Notes: generated by a model not told the origin, from the sequence alone. Counted from the stretch's first letter, positions 28,593 to 38,168 are shown. The stretch is 64,000 bases of DNA from Minisyncoccota bacterium (GCA_041661645.1 JBAZUA010000003.1:22841-86840); one strand, 5' to 3'. A program made the numbers and translations.

Positions 28593-28667
28593 TGGTGCTC
28601 TCGGTAGGAATCGAACCTACATTGCAACTTCCGCAAAGTTGAGTCCTATCCATTGAACGACGAGAGC
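28593..28667 (-). tRNA. tRNA-Arg(GCG)
   Basis: gctctcg/cgagagc acceptor + ACCA; anticodon arm caact-TTGCGGA-agttg. Confidence 0.92.
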
Positions 28668-28730
28668 GTGCTACTAACTTACAGGAAATCTGGGAAAAGT
28701 AAACGAGGCGGGCGTTCTGCCCTCATTTAC

Positions 28731-29189
28731 CTAGATGCCGAGGCGGTCGAGGAGGACCTGGAAGGGGCTTTCCTCGAACGGCTCCGACTCGAGATGGGTC
28801 TCGAGGAAAGCCCGGAGCATGTCTATCTCGTCGTGGGCGACGGGCACCATGATGTACGGCATGATCACCTTCTGGGAGACGAGTATGAGGCGAGCGCCGT
28901 CGCGGTGGTCCTCGTCGATCCAGAAGGACTTGAGGGACTTGAAGGGGTAGAGGGTCTTCTCTATGAGGACCCCTTTGTCGTTTACCTCCACGGATACGAC
29001 GTTCGGCTTGCGGGCCGCAAAGAGGGCGATGACAAAGGCGCCGATAACGATGACGATGGCGAAGAGGATGTTTCCGAAGATGACCGAGGTGATCGCCGCC
29101 GCCGCCGCCACGATGCCAAGCGCCCAGAACCAGTCCTGGGTCTTCTCCCTGTGCACGTACTCGTGCGTGTGCCAAGAAAACTCTTTCAT
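28731..29189 (-). CDS. Hypothetical membrane protein
   Basis: W.T.EY...K..DWFWALGI, two TM segments, KSFWI. Confidence 0.8.
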   Translation of the reverse strand: MKEFSWHTHEYVHREKTQDWFWALGIVAAAAAITSVIFGNILFAIVIVIGAFVIALFAARKPNVVSVEVNDKGVLIEKTLYPFKSLKSFWIDEDHRDGARLILVSQKVIMPYIMVPVAHDEIDMLRAFLETHLESEPFEESPFQVLLDRLGI

Positions 29190-29264
29190 GCCACTAGTAT
29201 ATCACTGACTTTGAGAAAAGTGTCGAGGGGTCTATAATTGTGATGCTTAATCAAATTCAAACTT

Positions 29265-29471
29265 ATGGAACTATTCTTACAGACGTATGGTAGAGATCTG
29301 ATCATCCTGGCGATGATATGGGTCATGCCGTGGAAGGGCATATCTCTTTGGAGGGCGGCGCAGAGAAGGGAGAAGACCTGGTTCATAGCCCTCCTCCTCA
29401 TAAACTCGCTTGCTATTCTCGATATTCTCTATATATTCGTCTTTTCGAGAAAGCCGAATAAAGAAATCTAG
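29265..29471 (+). CDS. Small membrane protein (DUF5652-like)
   Basis: WKGISLWRAA...WFIALL.IN...DILYIF. Confidence 0.75.
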   Translation: MELFLQTYGRDLIILAMIWVMPWKGISLWRAAQRREKTWFIALLLINSLAILDILYIFVFSRKPNKEI

Positions 29472-29506
29472 GGCTCACGGGGGAGGCGGCATGGTAGACT
29501 GGACGG

Positions 29507-29980
29507 GTGCCTGAGTATACAAGAAAACCGAATACGAAGTGCTCGATGTGCGGTAAGCCTGTATATAGAAGGCCCCTTCAGATAAAAGGGGCCAAGGGTA
29601 GGGTGTTTTGCGGACAAGTGTGTTATGGTATTTCCTGCAGGAAAGAGAAGGCTTGCGCCGTTTGCGGGACTTTGATACTGGCAAGCGCTAACAAGAAAAC
29701 CTGTGGCAGGGAATGTGCGAATAGGCACAGGGTCAGTATCAAATATAAGATTGGCCGTCCGAGGGATAAGGCAGAACACTATCGAAGCCTCAAACTCAGG
29801 CTATTGGGAGAGAGGGGTGAAAAATGCGGACGGTGTGATTATGGCAGGATGGAGATCCTCGAGATACATCACAGGGATAGAAACAGAGAAAACAACTCCC
29901 TGGAAAATCTCGAGCTGATATGTCCGAACTGCCACGCAGAGGAGCACTATCTGAAGGGGAGTTGGCTTAGAAACATATAA
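29507..29980 (+). CDS. HNH endonuclease with N-terminal zinc-finger repeats
   Basis: Several CxxC pairs; LEIHHRDRNRENNSLENLELICPNCHAEEH. Confidence 0.9.
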   Translation: MPEYTRKPNTKCSMCGKPVYRRPLQIKGAKGRVFCGQVCYGISCRKEKACAVCGTLILASANKKTCGRECANRHRVSIKYKIGRPRDKAEHYRSLKLRLLGERGEKCGRCDYGRMEILEIHHRDRNRENNSLENLELICPNCHAEEHYLKGSWLRNI

Positions 29981-29983
29981 AAA

Positions 29984-30071
29984 GGAGGAGTGGCTCGAGT
30001 GGTTGAAGGCACCGCTCTTGAAAAGCGGAACCCGGGCAACTGGGTCGTGAGTTCGAATCTCACCTCCTCCG
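29984..30071 (+). tRNA. tRNA-Ser(TGA)
   Basis: ggaggag/ctcctcc acceptor, ccgct-CTTGAAA-agcgg, long variable arm, G73. Confidence 0.92.
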
Positions 30072-30072
30072 C

Positions 30073-30453
30073 ATGCGTCTTTTGGCAATCGATTACGGGG
30101 AGAAGCGTCTGGGCATAGCCCTGTCCGACGACAAGGGGATGATGGCGTTCCCTCACTCGGTTCTCCCGCGCTCAAGGGACTTTGTGGAAAAGATTGCCGA
30201 CATCGCCCGACAGAACGCCGTGGACATAATCGTCATGGGTGACTCAAAGAACTATGCCGGCGAGCGAAACCCGATCATGAAGGGCGCGCTTGAATGTGCT
30301 GATGCCCTCAAGGTTCGTGGCTTCAGGGTCGAGCTCGAGCTCGAGCTACTCTCGTCCCATCAGGCCTCGCATTTTCAGGGCAAGACGGCGATGACTGATG
30401 CCGCGGCGGCAAGCATCATATTGCAGAGTTACATAGATCGGATGAAGAAGTGA
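30073..30453 (+). CDS. ruvX: YqgF/RuvX family nuclease
   Basis: LAIDYGEKRLGIALSD, DAAAASIILQSY. Confidence 0.9.
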   Translation: MRLLAIDYGEKRLGIALSDDKGMMAFPHSVLPRSRDFVEKIADIARQNAVDIIVMGDSKNYAGERNPIMKGALECADALKVRGFRVELELELLSSHQASHFQGKTAMTDAAAASIILQSYIDRMKK

Positions 30454-30468
30454 TAGCATATACACATT

Positions 30469-30885
30469 ATGATTACATACGATGATTTCGCGAAGATTGA
30501 AGTGAGGGCCGGAAAGATCCTGTCCGCCGAGAAGATTCCCGATACCGAAAAGCTCATCAGGCTGTCGGTGGACTTTGGCGTGATTGATGAGCCTGCTTCT
30601 ATCGTGGCGGACGCGGCGCCTGTGGTAGAGGGGGAGGCTGCGGTTCCCGCGGCGATGCCCGTCCCGCGCCGTGACATTCGTCAGATCGTCTCCGGCATCG
30701 CCGCCTATTTCCCTGATTCCTCTACCCTCGTCGGCAGGAAGTGCATGTTTGTTACGAACCTCGAGCCCCGCAAGATAAAGGGATTCGAGTCAAACGGCAT
30801 GCTGTTCGCCGTTTCGACCAAGGACGGAAAATTCTCCCTTCTCGAGCCGAACGCGGATATTCCCGAAGGCACTCGGGCATATTAG
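30469..30885 (+). CDS. Stand-alone tRNA-binding OB domain (MetRS C-terminus/Trbp111/CsaA-like)
   Basis: ITYDDFAKIEVRAG, RQIVSGI, NLEPRKIKGFESNGM. Confidence 0.88.
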   Translation: MITYDDFAKIEVRAGKILSAEKIPDTEKLIRLSVDFGVIDEPASIVADAAPVVEGEAAVPAAMPVPRRDIRQIVSGIAAYFPDSSTLVGRKCMFVTNLEPRKIKGFESNGMLFAVSTKDGKFSLLEPNADIPEGTRAY

Positions 30886-30913
30886 GACGCGGCGCGCGTA
30901 TCATATAAACACA

Positions 30914-31528
30914 ATGCCCCCATTTCTCGATCCACAGGTTCTCATACAGGCGGCGGGCCTCGCGGGAATACTCGCCATAGTGTTCTCGGAATCTGGCCTC
31001 TTCTTCGGTTTCTTCCTGCCTGGTGACTCGCTTCTCTTCACCGCAGGGCTCTTCGCCTCACAGGGACACCTAAACATCTTTGCGCTCACGCTCGGTTGCG
31101 TCATCGCCGCCATAGCGGGGGACAGCGTCGGATACATGTTTGGTCGCCGCGTGGGCCCTGTGCTCTTCTCGAGGGAGGACTCCTTCTTTTTTCACAAGCG
31201 GCATATCGATCAGGCCGGCGCCTTCTATGCGAAGTACGGCGCGAAGACGATAGTCCTCGCTCGATTCGTTCCCATCGTGCGCACCTTTGCCCCAATCGTC
31301 GCGGGCGTGGGCAAGATGGAATACAAAACCTTCATTGCCTATAACGTCATCGGGGGAACGCTTTGGGCTGGCCTCATGACGGTCGCGGGCTTTTCCGTTG
31401 GGTCGCTCGTGCCGAACGCCCAGAAGTACCTCCACCTCATAGTCATCGGCATCATCGCCCTCTCGCTTGTCCCCATCATCTTCGAATGGTTCAGGGCAAA
31501 GGGCCATCGTGCCGAGCCGGAGCTGTAG
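30914..31528 (+). CDS. DedA family membrane protein
   Basis: ESGLFFGFFLPGDSLLF, ARFVPIVRTF. Confidence 0.94.
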   Translation: MPPFLDPQVLIQAAGLAGILAIVFSESGLFFGFFLPGDSLLFTAGLFASQGHLNIFALTLGCVIAAIAGDSVGYMFGRRVGPVLFSREDSFFFHKRHIDQAGAFYAKYGAKTIVLARFVPIVRTFAPIVAGVGKMEYKTFIAYNVIGGTLWAGLMTVAGFSVGSLVPNAQKYLHLIVIGIIALSLVPIIFEWFRAKGHRAEPEL

Positions 31529-31542
31529 TATAATGGTCCTCA

Positions 31543-32607
31543 ATGGACTCATTCATAAAACGCTCGTTCCCGATCCCTCACTTTCTCCTCCCTCCGCGTC
31601 TTTCCGTCGACGTGTGTGACGGGTGCCTTCGATTTTTCGAACTCTCGCGTCGTCCCGACTCCTATTTTCCAAAGAATTTCGGCGTGCTCCCGTTTCCTCA
31701 CGTGCACATGGGTAAGCTTGGCGAGAAGGAGGGTGCCGAGGCCAAGGCGGCCCTTGGATCCTTCGTTCGCGAGCGCGGATACAAGAGGGCCCACGTCATT
31801 GTCCACGAGGGCGAGTCATATGTCTTTTGCGTCACGGTAAAAACGACGGAGCGTCGCGAGCTCAGGTCGGCGATAGAGGCCGTGCTCGAGGAGAACGTGC
31901 CGATCCCGCCCGCCGAGGCGGTCTTTGAGTACGAGGTTATCGATGTCGACCGTGTTCGTGGGGAGACGCGCGTCGCCGTTTCGGTTGTTTCCGAGAAGAC
32001 CCTTTCAAACTATGTGGACGTCTTCAAGTCCGCAGGGCTTTCGCCCGTGTCGTTCGAGACCGAGGCGCGCGCCCTGGCGCGCGCCCTCTTCCTCCCTCAG
32101 GATCGGGCGACGCGCGTCGTCGTGTCCGTCGGCAGGAACCATTCGATGGTTTTCATCACCAAGGGGAGCGCCGTCGTCTTCAGCTCCGCCATCGAGATAG
32201 GGTCCTTCGACATCGAGGCCCAGATAGCCGGGGTCTTTGGCATAAGCGCGGACGATGCGCAGGCCCTGAAGGAACAGAAGGGCTTCACCGGCGAGAGCGA
32301 GGATCGCGAGCTCTTCGCCGCCATGTCCCCGGCCTTCTCGACCGTGCGCGACGAGCTTGACAAGGTCGTCTCGTATTGGCGAGGGCAGGGCAGGAGGGGC
32401 GCTGACGTCGAGGAGATATCTGAGATAGTCCTGTGTGGGAGGGATGGCGCGCTCCTCGGGTTTTCCCGCTACCTCTCCACCCCCTCGAGGCTGCATGTCA
32501 GGCTTGGCTCGGTGTGGACGGGCCTTGTCCTGCCCAAGACCATCGTCCCAGACATTCCGTTCAACGACTCCCTCGATTATGGGGCGGTCATAGGGGGTCT
32601 CGTATAA
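31543..32607 (+). CDS. pilM: Type IV pilus assembly protein PilM
   Basis: Actin-like fold (EENVPIP..EAVFEY, ETEARALARA); first gene of a pilMNO-like operon. Confidence 0.8.
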   Translation: MDSFIKRSFPIPHFLLPPRLSVDVCDGCLRFFELSRRPDSYFPKNFGVLPFPHVHMGKLGEKEGAEAKAALGSFVRERGYKRAHVIVHEGESYVFCVTVKTTERRELRSAIEAVLEENVPIPPAEAVFEYEVIDVDRVRGETRVAVSVVSEKTLSNYVDVFKSAGLSPVSFETEARALARALFLPQDRATRVVVSVGRNHSMVFITKGSAVVFSSAIEIGSFDIEAQIAGVFGISADDAQALKEQKGFTGESEDRELFAAMSPAFSTVRDELDKVVSYWRGQGRRGADVEEISEIVLCGRDGALLGFSRYLSTPSRLHVRLGSVWTGLVLPKTIVPDIPFNDSLDYGAVIGGLV

Positions 32608-32611
32608 AGCC

Positions 32612-33148
32612 ATGTTCACCTTCCTTCCAAAAGACTATCGGTCAGAGGTCCTGAGAGAGCATCGAACGAGGCTCGTCATCGTGTGCCTGGGAATGCTGGC
32701 GGCCGCGCTGCTCCTCGGGGCGATTCTGGCGTTCCCGACCTACCTCGCGGTTTCCTTCCAGAAGTCCTCTATGATCGCGGAGCAGGCAAGGTCGCAGAAG
32801 GAGCTTGACTCGAGAAAAGGGGATGATGTCACCCTCGAGACCAAGCGCATTAAGGCCAAGCTTGCGGTCCTCTCGCTCGAGGCAAAGCACAGGCCGGTGG
32901 TCGCGACCCTTGAACGCATTCTCGCCCAGCCGAGGATCGGGGTCTCCCTCGCCGGCATCACCCTACACAGGGATGCGGACAAAGGGGTCATCACCCTTCA
33001 GGGCGAGGCGAAGACCCGCGAGAGCCTGGTCGCCTTCTCGAAGAGCCTTCAGGGCGAGCCGTCCTTTTCCAGGGTCGACCTTCCCGTGTCGAGCCTGGCC
33101 AAGAGCGAGAACATTGCCTTTACCATTCGCATAGAGTCTAACTTCTAA
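32612..33148 (+). CDS. PilN-like protein
   Basis: FLP N-terminus, TM, GEAKTRESLVAF...F..VDLPVS. Confidence 0.75.
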   Translation: MFTFLPKDYRSEVLREHRTRLVIVCLGMLAAALLLGAILAFPTYLAVSFQKSSMIAEQARSQKELDSRKGDDVTLETKRIKAKLAVLSLEAKHRPVVATLERILAQPRIGVSLAGITLHRDADKGVITLQGEAKTRESLVAFSKSLQGEPSFSRVDLPVSSLAKSENIAFTIRIESNF

Positions 33149-33151
33149 CAT

Positions 33152-33673
33152 ATGGATCGCCGCTCAACCCAAATAACCCTCGTGTCCATCTTTTCTGCCG
33201 CCGCGCTTTTGTGCGCGGGTGCCTGGATATTCCTGGTGTACGAAAGCAACTCGTCCAGGTCTGACATGGAGACCATTGCCCAGGGAATAGCCGACTCGTC
33301 CGCGCAGAACTCCCGGGACATCTCGACAAAGGTCGCCCTGAACAATGCCCGGAAGTCGCTCGGCGACATTGACAACGATTTCATAACAGAGGCACAGATA
33401 CCTGATTTCATAGGCACGATAGAGAAACTCGCGAGGTCGCACGCCGTCACTCTCGACATAGGCTCGATCAGCCTTGGCGGAGGCCCTGGAGACGTTGCGC
33501 CGCGCCCCCTGGCCCTTCGCCTGAGCGGATCGGCCGCCTGGAAGGGATGCGTCGATTTTATAGCGTCTCTCGATGCCGCCCACTACGCCATCGACATTGG
33601 TGACGTCTCCCTGAGCGGCGACAAGAAGGGCTGGAATTTCAGCATCGAGATGGTTCAATACGTAACAAAATAG
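33152..33673 (+). CDS. PilO-like protein
   Basis: N-terminal TM, coiled coil, FIGTIEKLAR, position after pilN. Confidence 0.65.
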   Translation: MDRRSTQITLVSIFSAAALLCAGAWIFLVYESNSSRSDMETIAQGIADSSAQNSRDISTKVALNNARKSLGDIDNDFITEAQIPDFIGTIEKLARSHAVTLDIGSISLGGGPGDVAPRPLALRLSGSAAWKGCVDFIASLDAAHYAIDIGDVSLSGDKKGWNFSIEMVQYVTK

Positions 33674-33675
33674 GA

Positions 33676-33984
33676 ATGAAACCCTTTCTCAAAAAAATCC
33701 ACGGCTGGCTCGACGATGTCAGGGGGCTCGGGCGAAACCCCGCCTTCGACTGGCACTTCTCGCTCGGCTGTTTCTCGTTTGGCCTTCTGCTGGTCATCGT
33801 CTTAAGCACCGTCATCTATTTCAGGCTCGGATACGCCGACGTCCCGATTCCCCCCGGAAGCACGAGCGGGGGAGAGAGGGCCTTCAATGCCGATTCGATA
33901 CAGAAGACGCTCAAGGGCATACAGCAGAAGAGGGAGGACGCGGGAAGCGTCCCAAAGGCCGTCGTCGCGGACCCTGCGAACTAG
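33676..33984 (+). CDS. Hypothetical single-TM protein ending the pil operon
   Basis: 102 aa, starts 2 nt after pilO-like stop. Confidence 0.65.
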   Translation: MKPFLKKIHGWLDDVRGLGRNPAFDWHFSLGCFSFGLLLVIVLSTVIYFRLGYADVPIPPGSTSGGERAFNADSIQKTLKGIQQKREDAGSVPKAVVADPAN

Positions 33985-34186
33985 GGGTTGTGTTTGATTA
34001 TTTCTCGCGGAGGAGAGTTTTCATCAAGAGTCAATGCAAAAAGTGTAACGGCAACGATATAGACCAGAAGCGCAAGCCAGCCTTGCCATGTTGCTGGCCC
34101 CCCCCCCAACCGTAAAGCTTGGCTTTGAACCAATGGCCCTGAGGGTTATCTTTTAGATATCGTATGTATTCTATGAAGATGCTCGT
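33982..34186 (-). pseudogene. Frameshifted small membrane protein remnant
   Basis: YLKDNPQGHWFKAKLYGWG and PATWQGWLALLVYIV lie in different frames, joined at a C10 run (34098-34107); no ATG evident. Confidence 0.55.
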
Positions 34187-36804
34187 ATGTTTATTTTACC
34201 AGCATTAACATTAAGTTGCCTGTTTCTAAAGAACCACTTTGCGACTTCGATCAGCACAATGTTCAACAGTCCGATCAAGACGACACCGATCACCCAATTG
34301 AGAGGCAACGCCACTGTGTTGAACACTGGCTGCAGTCCGGGTAAATAAATAGCCACAGCCATGAGAACAATACCGACGAGAATACCGCCATTAAGATATT
34401 TGTTTGAAAACAGCGGATACGAAAGAATGCTTCTGTCCAAGCTTCGCACAGAAAGAGCGACGAGTAATGTGTATGTACCAAAAGCGGCAAAGATAAATGT
34501 GCGGACAATTGCCTCGTCATAGCCAAGTTGCATCAGTACGTAATAAATAACAAAGAGCAAGGCGCTGGTCGAAACACCAATGGCAAGGATTAGGAATTTC
34601 ATAATCGGATCGAATAGTTTTATCTTACCTCTCTTTAATGGCTTGTGTTTCAGGCCATCCGGCTCTTTTTCAAAGGCATACGAGACAGCTGGAAAACTGT
34701 CAGTGAAGAAATTAACCCAGAGGATCTGGAGCGGATTCAAAGGTAGTGGTAAACCAGTCAGGAGCGACCCACCAATAAGGATAAGACCGTCGGTAACGTT
34801 TGAAAGCAAGTATACAAGCACTTTGCGGATGTTGCCGAGAATCTGTCGACCTTCCTCAATGGCTGCAACAATGGTCTCAAAGTTATCATCGAGAAGCACG
34901 AGGTCGGCAACGCTCTGTGCTACTTCAGTACCTGAACCCATAGCGATACCCACGTCGGCTTGCTTGATGCTTGGCGCATCATTTACTCCGTCGCCGGTCA
35001 TGGCTACCACTTCGCCCATTTCCTGATAGAGCTTGGCAATACGAAGCTTGTCAAACGGTGTGACGCGGGAAATGACAGACAGTCCCGGTAGTCGCTCTCG
35101 CAGCTCCTCTTCTGATAGTTTTGCCAATTCAGATGCATCCAAAACAGAATTGTCATCAACTTTCATACCAACCTCTTTGGCAACAGCCATAGCCGTTCCT
35201 CGATGGTCACCAGTGAGAATGACTGTTTTAACGCCAGCATCGTGCACTCGGCCTATGGCATGTTTGATGCCAGGACGAATAGGGTCACGGAACGTGATGA
35301 GACCATTGAATGATAAATGAGTGAGCGATAAATCTTTTGAAATTGAAAAATGTTCCGTATGAGTAATCTCTTTTGACGCAACACCAAGAACTCGTTCTCC
35401 AGAAAGTGCCAGGGAATCAATTTGCTCGAGCATCACCCCCTTTTCTTTTGCATCAAGCGAGGAATGACCGAGTAGAATATCAGGTGCGCCAAAAAAGACC
35501 AGAAGATGTTTTCCGGACTCTTTAACCAAAGACACAGAGAACTTTTGAACTGAATTAAATGGCATACTCTGAAGGACGTGTTCTTTGGTGGTGATATCGG
35601 AAAACGTCATCCCTCGGAGACCCGCTGAACGAACGAGCGCCGTCTCCATAATCCTGCCGTTCATGCGCCACGATTCCGGATCATCCTGCGGATTTTCGAT
35701 AAGGACATTTGCATTGGTCAAAGCTCGAGCAATAAGTTTCTGCTCATCAATCTCAAAAGGGATGATCTTGGACATCACCATTCTTGCCATAGTCAGCGTC
35801 CCAGTCTTATCGGTAAGAATGACAGTGGTGCTGCCGAGAGCTTCAGCCGCCACAAGTTTTCTTACTACACCTTTTCGCTTTGCCATTCGTTCTACTCCGA
35901 CGGCAAGGATGACGGTCATAGATATCGGTAGTCCTTCTGGAATGGCGGATACAGCGATGGCGACGGAAGTAAGGAACATGTCGAATGGAGAATGTCCAAC
36001 AAGAATACCGATAGCAAAAACAACCAGTGTCAACGCTCCGAGAGCGATACTTGAATAGATGCTGAAGTTGATGATGGCTTTCTGAAGTGGAGTTTTTTCA
36101 TTCTCAGATGTGGCGATGAGCGAAGCGATCTTGCCAAGTTCAGTGTTTCCGCTCGTGCGGCAGACGATGGCGGCACATACTCCTTGAGTCACAAGTGTTC
36201 CAGCAAAGATCATAGAATTCTGATCCGAGAGTCCTGCTGATTCTGGCGATATGTCCGCAGCTTTTGAGACTGGCAAAGATTCGCCAGTAAGCACCGCTTC
36301 GTCAACTTGGAGGTCGTTCACAAACATAACTCGCGCGTCTGCTGGAACCCGATCGCCCTGTGCCAGTCGGATAATATCGCCCGGCACAAGCCCCTCTGCA
36401 TCAATCTCACGTTCTTTGCCATCCCGAATAACTCGTGCTCTCTGTTTGAGATATGTTTTCAGTTCCGAAAGTGCGCGCTCGGCTTTGTTCTCCTGATAAA
36501 AACCCAGGGCGGAATTGACGATAACAGCAACGAAAATAAAGATTGCGTCTCGATAATGTGAAATAGCCAAAGTAATGATGCCTGCAACAATAAGGACGAG
36601 GATCGGTGGGCTTTTAAGCTGATTGAGAAAGATTTTTAACCCGGCTGCCTTCTTGGAGGTACTGATCGTATTTTTTCCAAACGCTGAAAAACGATCCTCG
36701 GACTGTTGTGCGGATAGTCCCTTTTCTGTATCCGTCTCAAATAACCGTGCCGTCTCTTCGAATGATAGATGCCAAAAGTTTTTGTTTTGTATGTTAGAAT
36801 TCAC
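34171..36804 (-). CDS. P-type cation (Ca2+-type) transporting ATPase
   Basis: LTGES, IPEGLP, DKTGTLT, TGD, MTGDGVNDAP. Confidence 0.95.
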   Translation of the reverse strand: MNSNIQNKNFWHLSFEETARLFETDTEKGLSAQQSEDRFSAFGKNTISTSKKAAGLKIFLNQLKSPPILVLIVAGIITLAISHYRDAIFIFVAVIVNSALGFYQENKAERALSELKTYLKQRARVIRDGKEREIDAEGLVPGDIIRLAQGDRVPADARVMFVNDLQVDEAVLTGESLPVSKAADISPESAGLSDQNSMIFAGTLVTQGVCAAIVCRTSGNTELGKIASLIATSENEKTPLQKAIINFSIYSSIALGALTLVVFAIGILVGHSPFDMFLTSVAIAVSAIPEGLPISMTVILAVGVERMAKRKGVVRKLVAAEALGSTTVILTDKTGTLTMARMVMSKIIPFEIDEQKLIARALTNANVLIENPQDDPESWRMNGRIMETALVRSAGLRGMTFSDITTKEHVLQSMPFNSVQKFSVSLVKESGKHLLVFFGAPDILLGHSSLDAKEKGVMLEQIDSLALSGERVLGVASKEITHTEHFSISKDLSLTHLSFNGLITFRDPIRPGIKHAIGRVHDAGVKTVILTGDHRGTAMAVAKEVGMKVDDNSVLDASELAKLSEEELRERLPGLSVISRVTPFDKLRIAKLYQEMGEVVAMTGDGVNDAPSIKQADVGIAMGSGTEVAQSVADLVLLDDNFETIVAAIEEGRQILGNIRKVLVYLLSNVTDGLILIGGSLLTGLPLPLNPLQILWVNFFTDSFPAVSYAFEKEPDGLKHKPLKRGKIKLFDPIMKFLILAIGVSTSALLFVIYYVLMQLGYDEAIVRTFIFAAFGTYTLLVALSVRSLDRSILSYPLFSNKYLNGGILVGIVLMAVAIYLPGLQPVFNTVALPLNWVIGVVLIGLLNIVLIEVAKWFFRNRQLNVNAGKINIRASS

Positions 36805-36951
36805 GGTTTATTTAGTAGCGGTGATGATTTCATTTTACCAAAAAACCTTCGGATTATATAGGGAAAAATGATGCTTTCTCAGCAACTAAACGCACAAATT
36901 TTGTAATGTAAAAACAACTCAACTTTGACGGCCTCCGCGCCTACCTTGATT

Positions 36952-37044
36952 GTGCCCTTGCTCGGTCTCGGAAAAAGTAAGGTGATACCCCATAAGGGTT
37001 GTTTGGGAGATTTTAGAGTATTAACTTGACGCACCTCGGTCTGG
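36952..37044. repeat. att-like repeat family B, tRNA-Arg(TCT) array copy 2
   Basis: Starts gtgccc (reverse complement of tRNA-Arg 3' end), then tgctcggtctcggaaaa; homologous to 37423-37515. Confidence 0.8.
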
Positions 37045-37089
37045 GACAAGATTTGATAATAAATGAAAAAGCTGATAATCTTTCTTCTA

Positions 37090-37400
37090 GATATTGGGTC
37101 CTTCATTGGATAAGGCAACTTGGCCCTTCTCGCAAGAGTCGGATAAAAGACGCAGTCGTGCTCGCTTCCACCTAAGGTGAGGTTCGAAAATCTTTCGGGA
37201 TTGTCATGTATTGCGCCCTGAACAAGAGCTACGGAGCTACTGCCAAAAAGGTTAGATCTCCTCTAATCGGTTTGTAAGGAGGGGAATTGCCGTAAGGCCG
37301 TCCATCCAATATAGTCCACGCTTGACGTGTGCTCGTCCCCTTAAGCTTCGGCTTGAGGGGACGTTACGTTTTATAGAGTCTCAGCAAGTATTGTGACTCA
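37090..37400 (+). ncRNA. Unidentified structured RNA candidate
   Basis: No credible ORF; hairpins closed by GCAA, UUCG, GUAA and UUCG tetraloops on the + strand. Confidence 0.45.
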
Positions 37401-37422
37401 CCTCAGTCTGTCTCACTAAAGG

Positions 37423-37515
37423 GTGCCCCTGCTCGGTCTCGGAAAATATAAAGTGAGACACCGTAATGGTTATTCGGGTGCTTTCGGAATAACAGATTGA
37501 GGCACCTCAGTCTGG
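37423..37515. repeat. att-like repeat family B, tRNA-Arg(TCT) array copy 1
   Basis: gtgcccctgctcggtctcggaaaa...gcacctcagtctgg. Confidence 0.8.
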
Positions 37516-37516
37516 C

Positions 37517-38122
37517 CTAACCTTTTGCAAAAGTACAAATCTTGCGAATCAGCTTCCAAGTATCGTAGAAATCAAATTCGTCGCGGCGTCGCAGATTCCA
37601 ATCTTTTGACGGATGCAACGTGCAGAGAATCGGTATTCCTTTCCAGTCAATGATTTTGTTTACTCTGTCTTTTAACTTGCCTTTGCCAAGTAAGAAATCA
37701 GCGGCAGTGTTGCCAAAAAGAATGATGGCTTCTGGCTCAAACAATTCTATTTCCTGCAAAAGAAATTTGTTTGCCCAAAACTTTTCAGGATTGCCCGCAG
37801 CATATACCTTTGAAAAATGAGTCCAGTAAAAGGCCTTTAGAAATTCCTCTTTGTGCTTCCTATAGTCAGTTCGAATTTTTAATACTTGTTTTTCGTCGTC
37901 TCTGCCGAAGAAAAACAAAGCTAGTATTCGTTCCTCAAAATCAGAATGTTTGTCAAATAGGTCTTTCAGCTTGTTGGTATCCGACGAGGGATCGGAGCTA
38001 ATGATGAGAAATCTTTGCGTTGGAAATAAGGCGTTTACAACTGGATTGTATCGCCCTGAGCCATCGGGCCCTTTTGTTAATTTGATTTTTCTATTAAGAG
38101 ATTCTAATTCTTTGAATTTCAT
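37517..38122 (-). CDS. Uracil-DNA glycosylase superfamily protein
   Basis: YWTHFSK, FLLQEIELFEPEAIILFG..AA, C-terminal LHPS; ATG at 38122 preferred over the upstream GTG in the att arm. Confidence 0.75.
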   Translation of the reverse strand: MKFKELESLNRKIKLTKGPDGSGRYNPVVNALFPTQRFLIISSDPSSDTNKLKDLFDKHSDFEERILALFFFGRDDEKQVLKIRTDYRKHKEEFLKAFYWTHFSKVYAAGNPEKFWANKFLLQEIELFEPEAIILFGNTAADFLLGKGKLKDRVNKIIDWKGIPILCTLHPSKDWNLRRRDEFDFYDTWKLIRKICTFAKG

Positions 38123-38168
38123 AAAATTCACAACTTTTAACCATCTCGGTCTCTCTCTCACTAACGTG

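Noticed and set aside
34171-36804. P-type ATPase as a further att-bounded cassette
   Set aside because: Lower GC suggests acquisition, but I found no family-B repeat at its left boundary.
37090-37400. Definite group I intron
   Set aside because: Only the atatagtcc strand resembles P7; the partner is imperfect and no interrupted host gene is visible.
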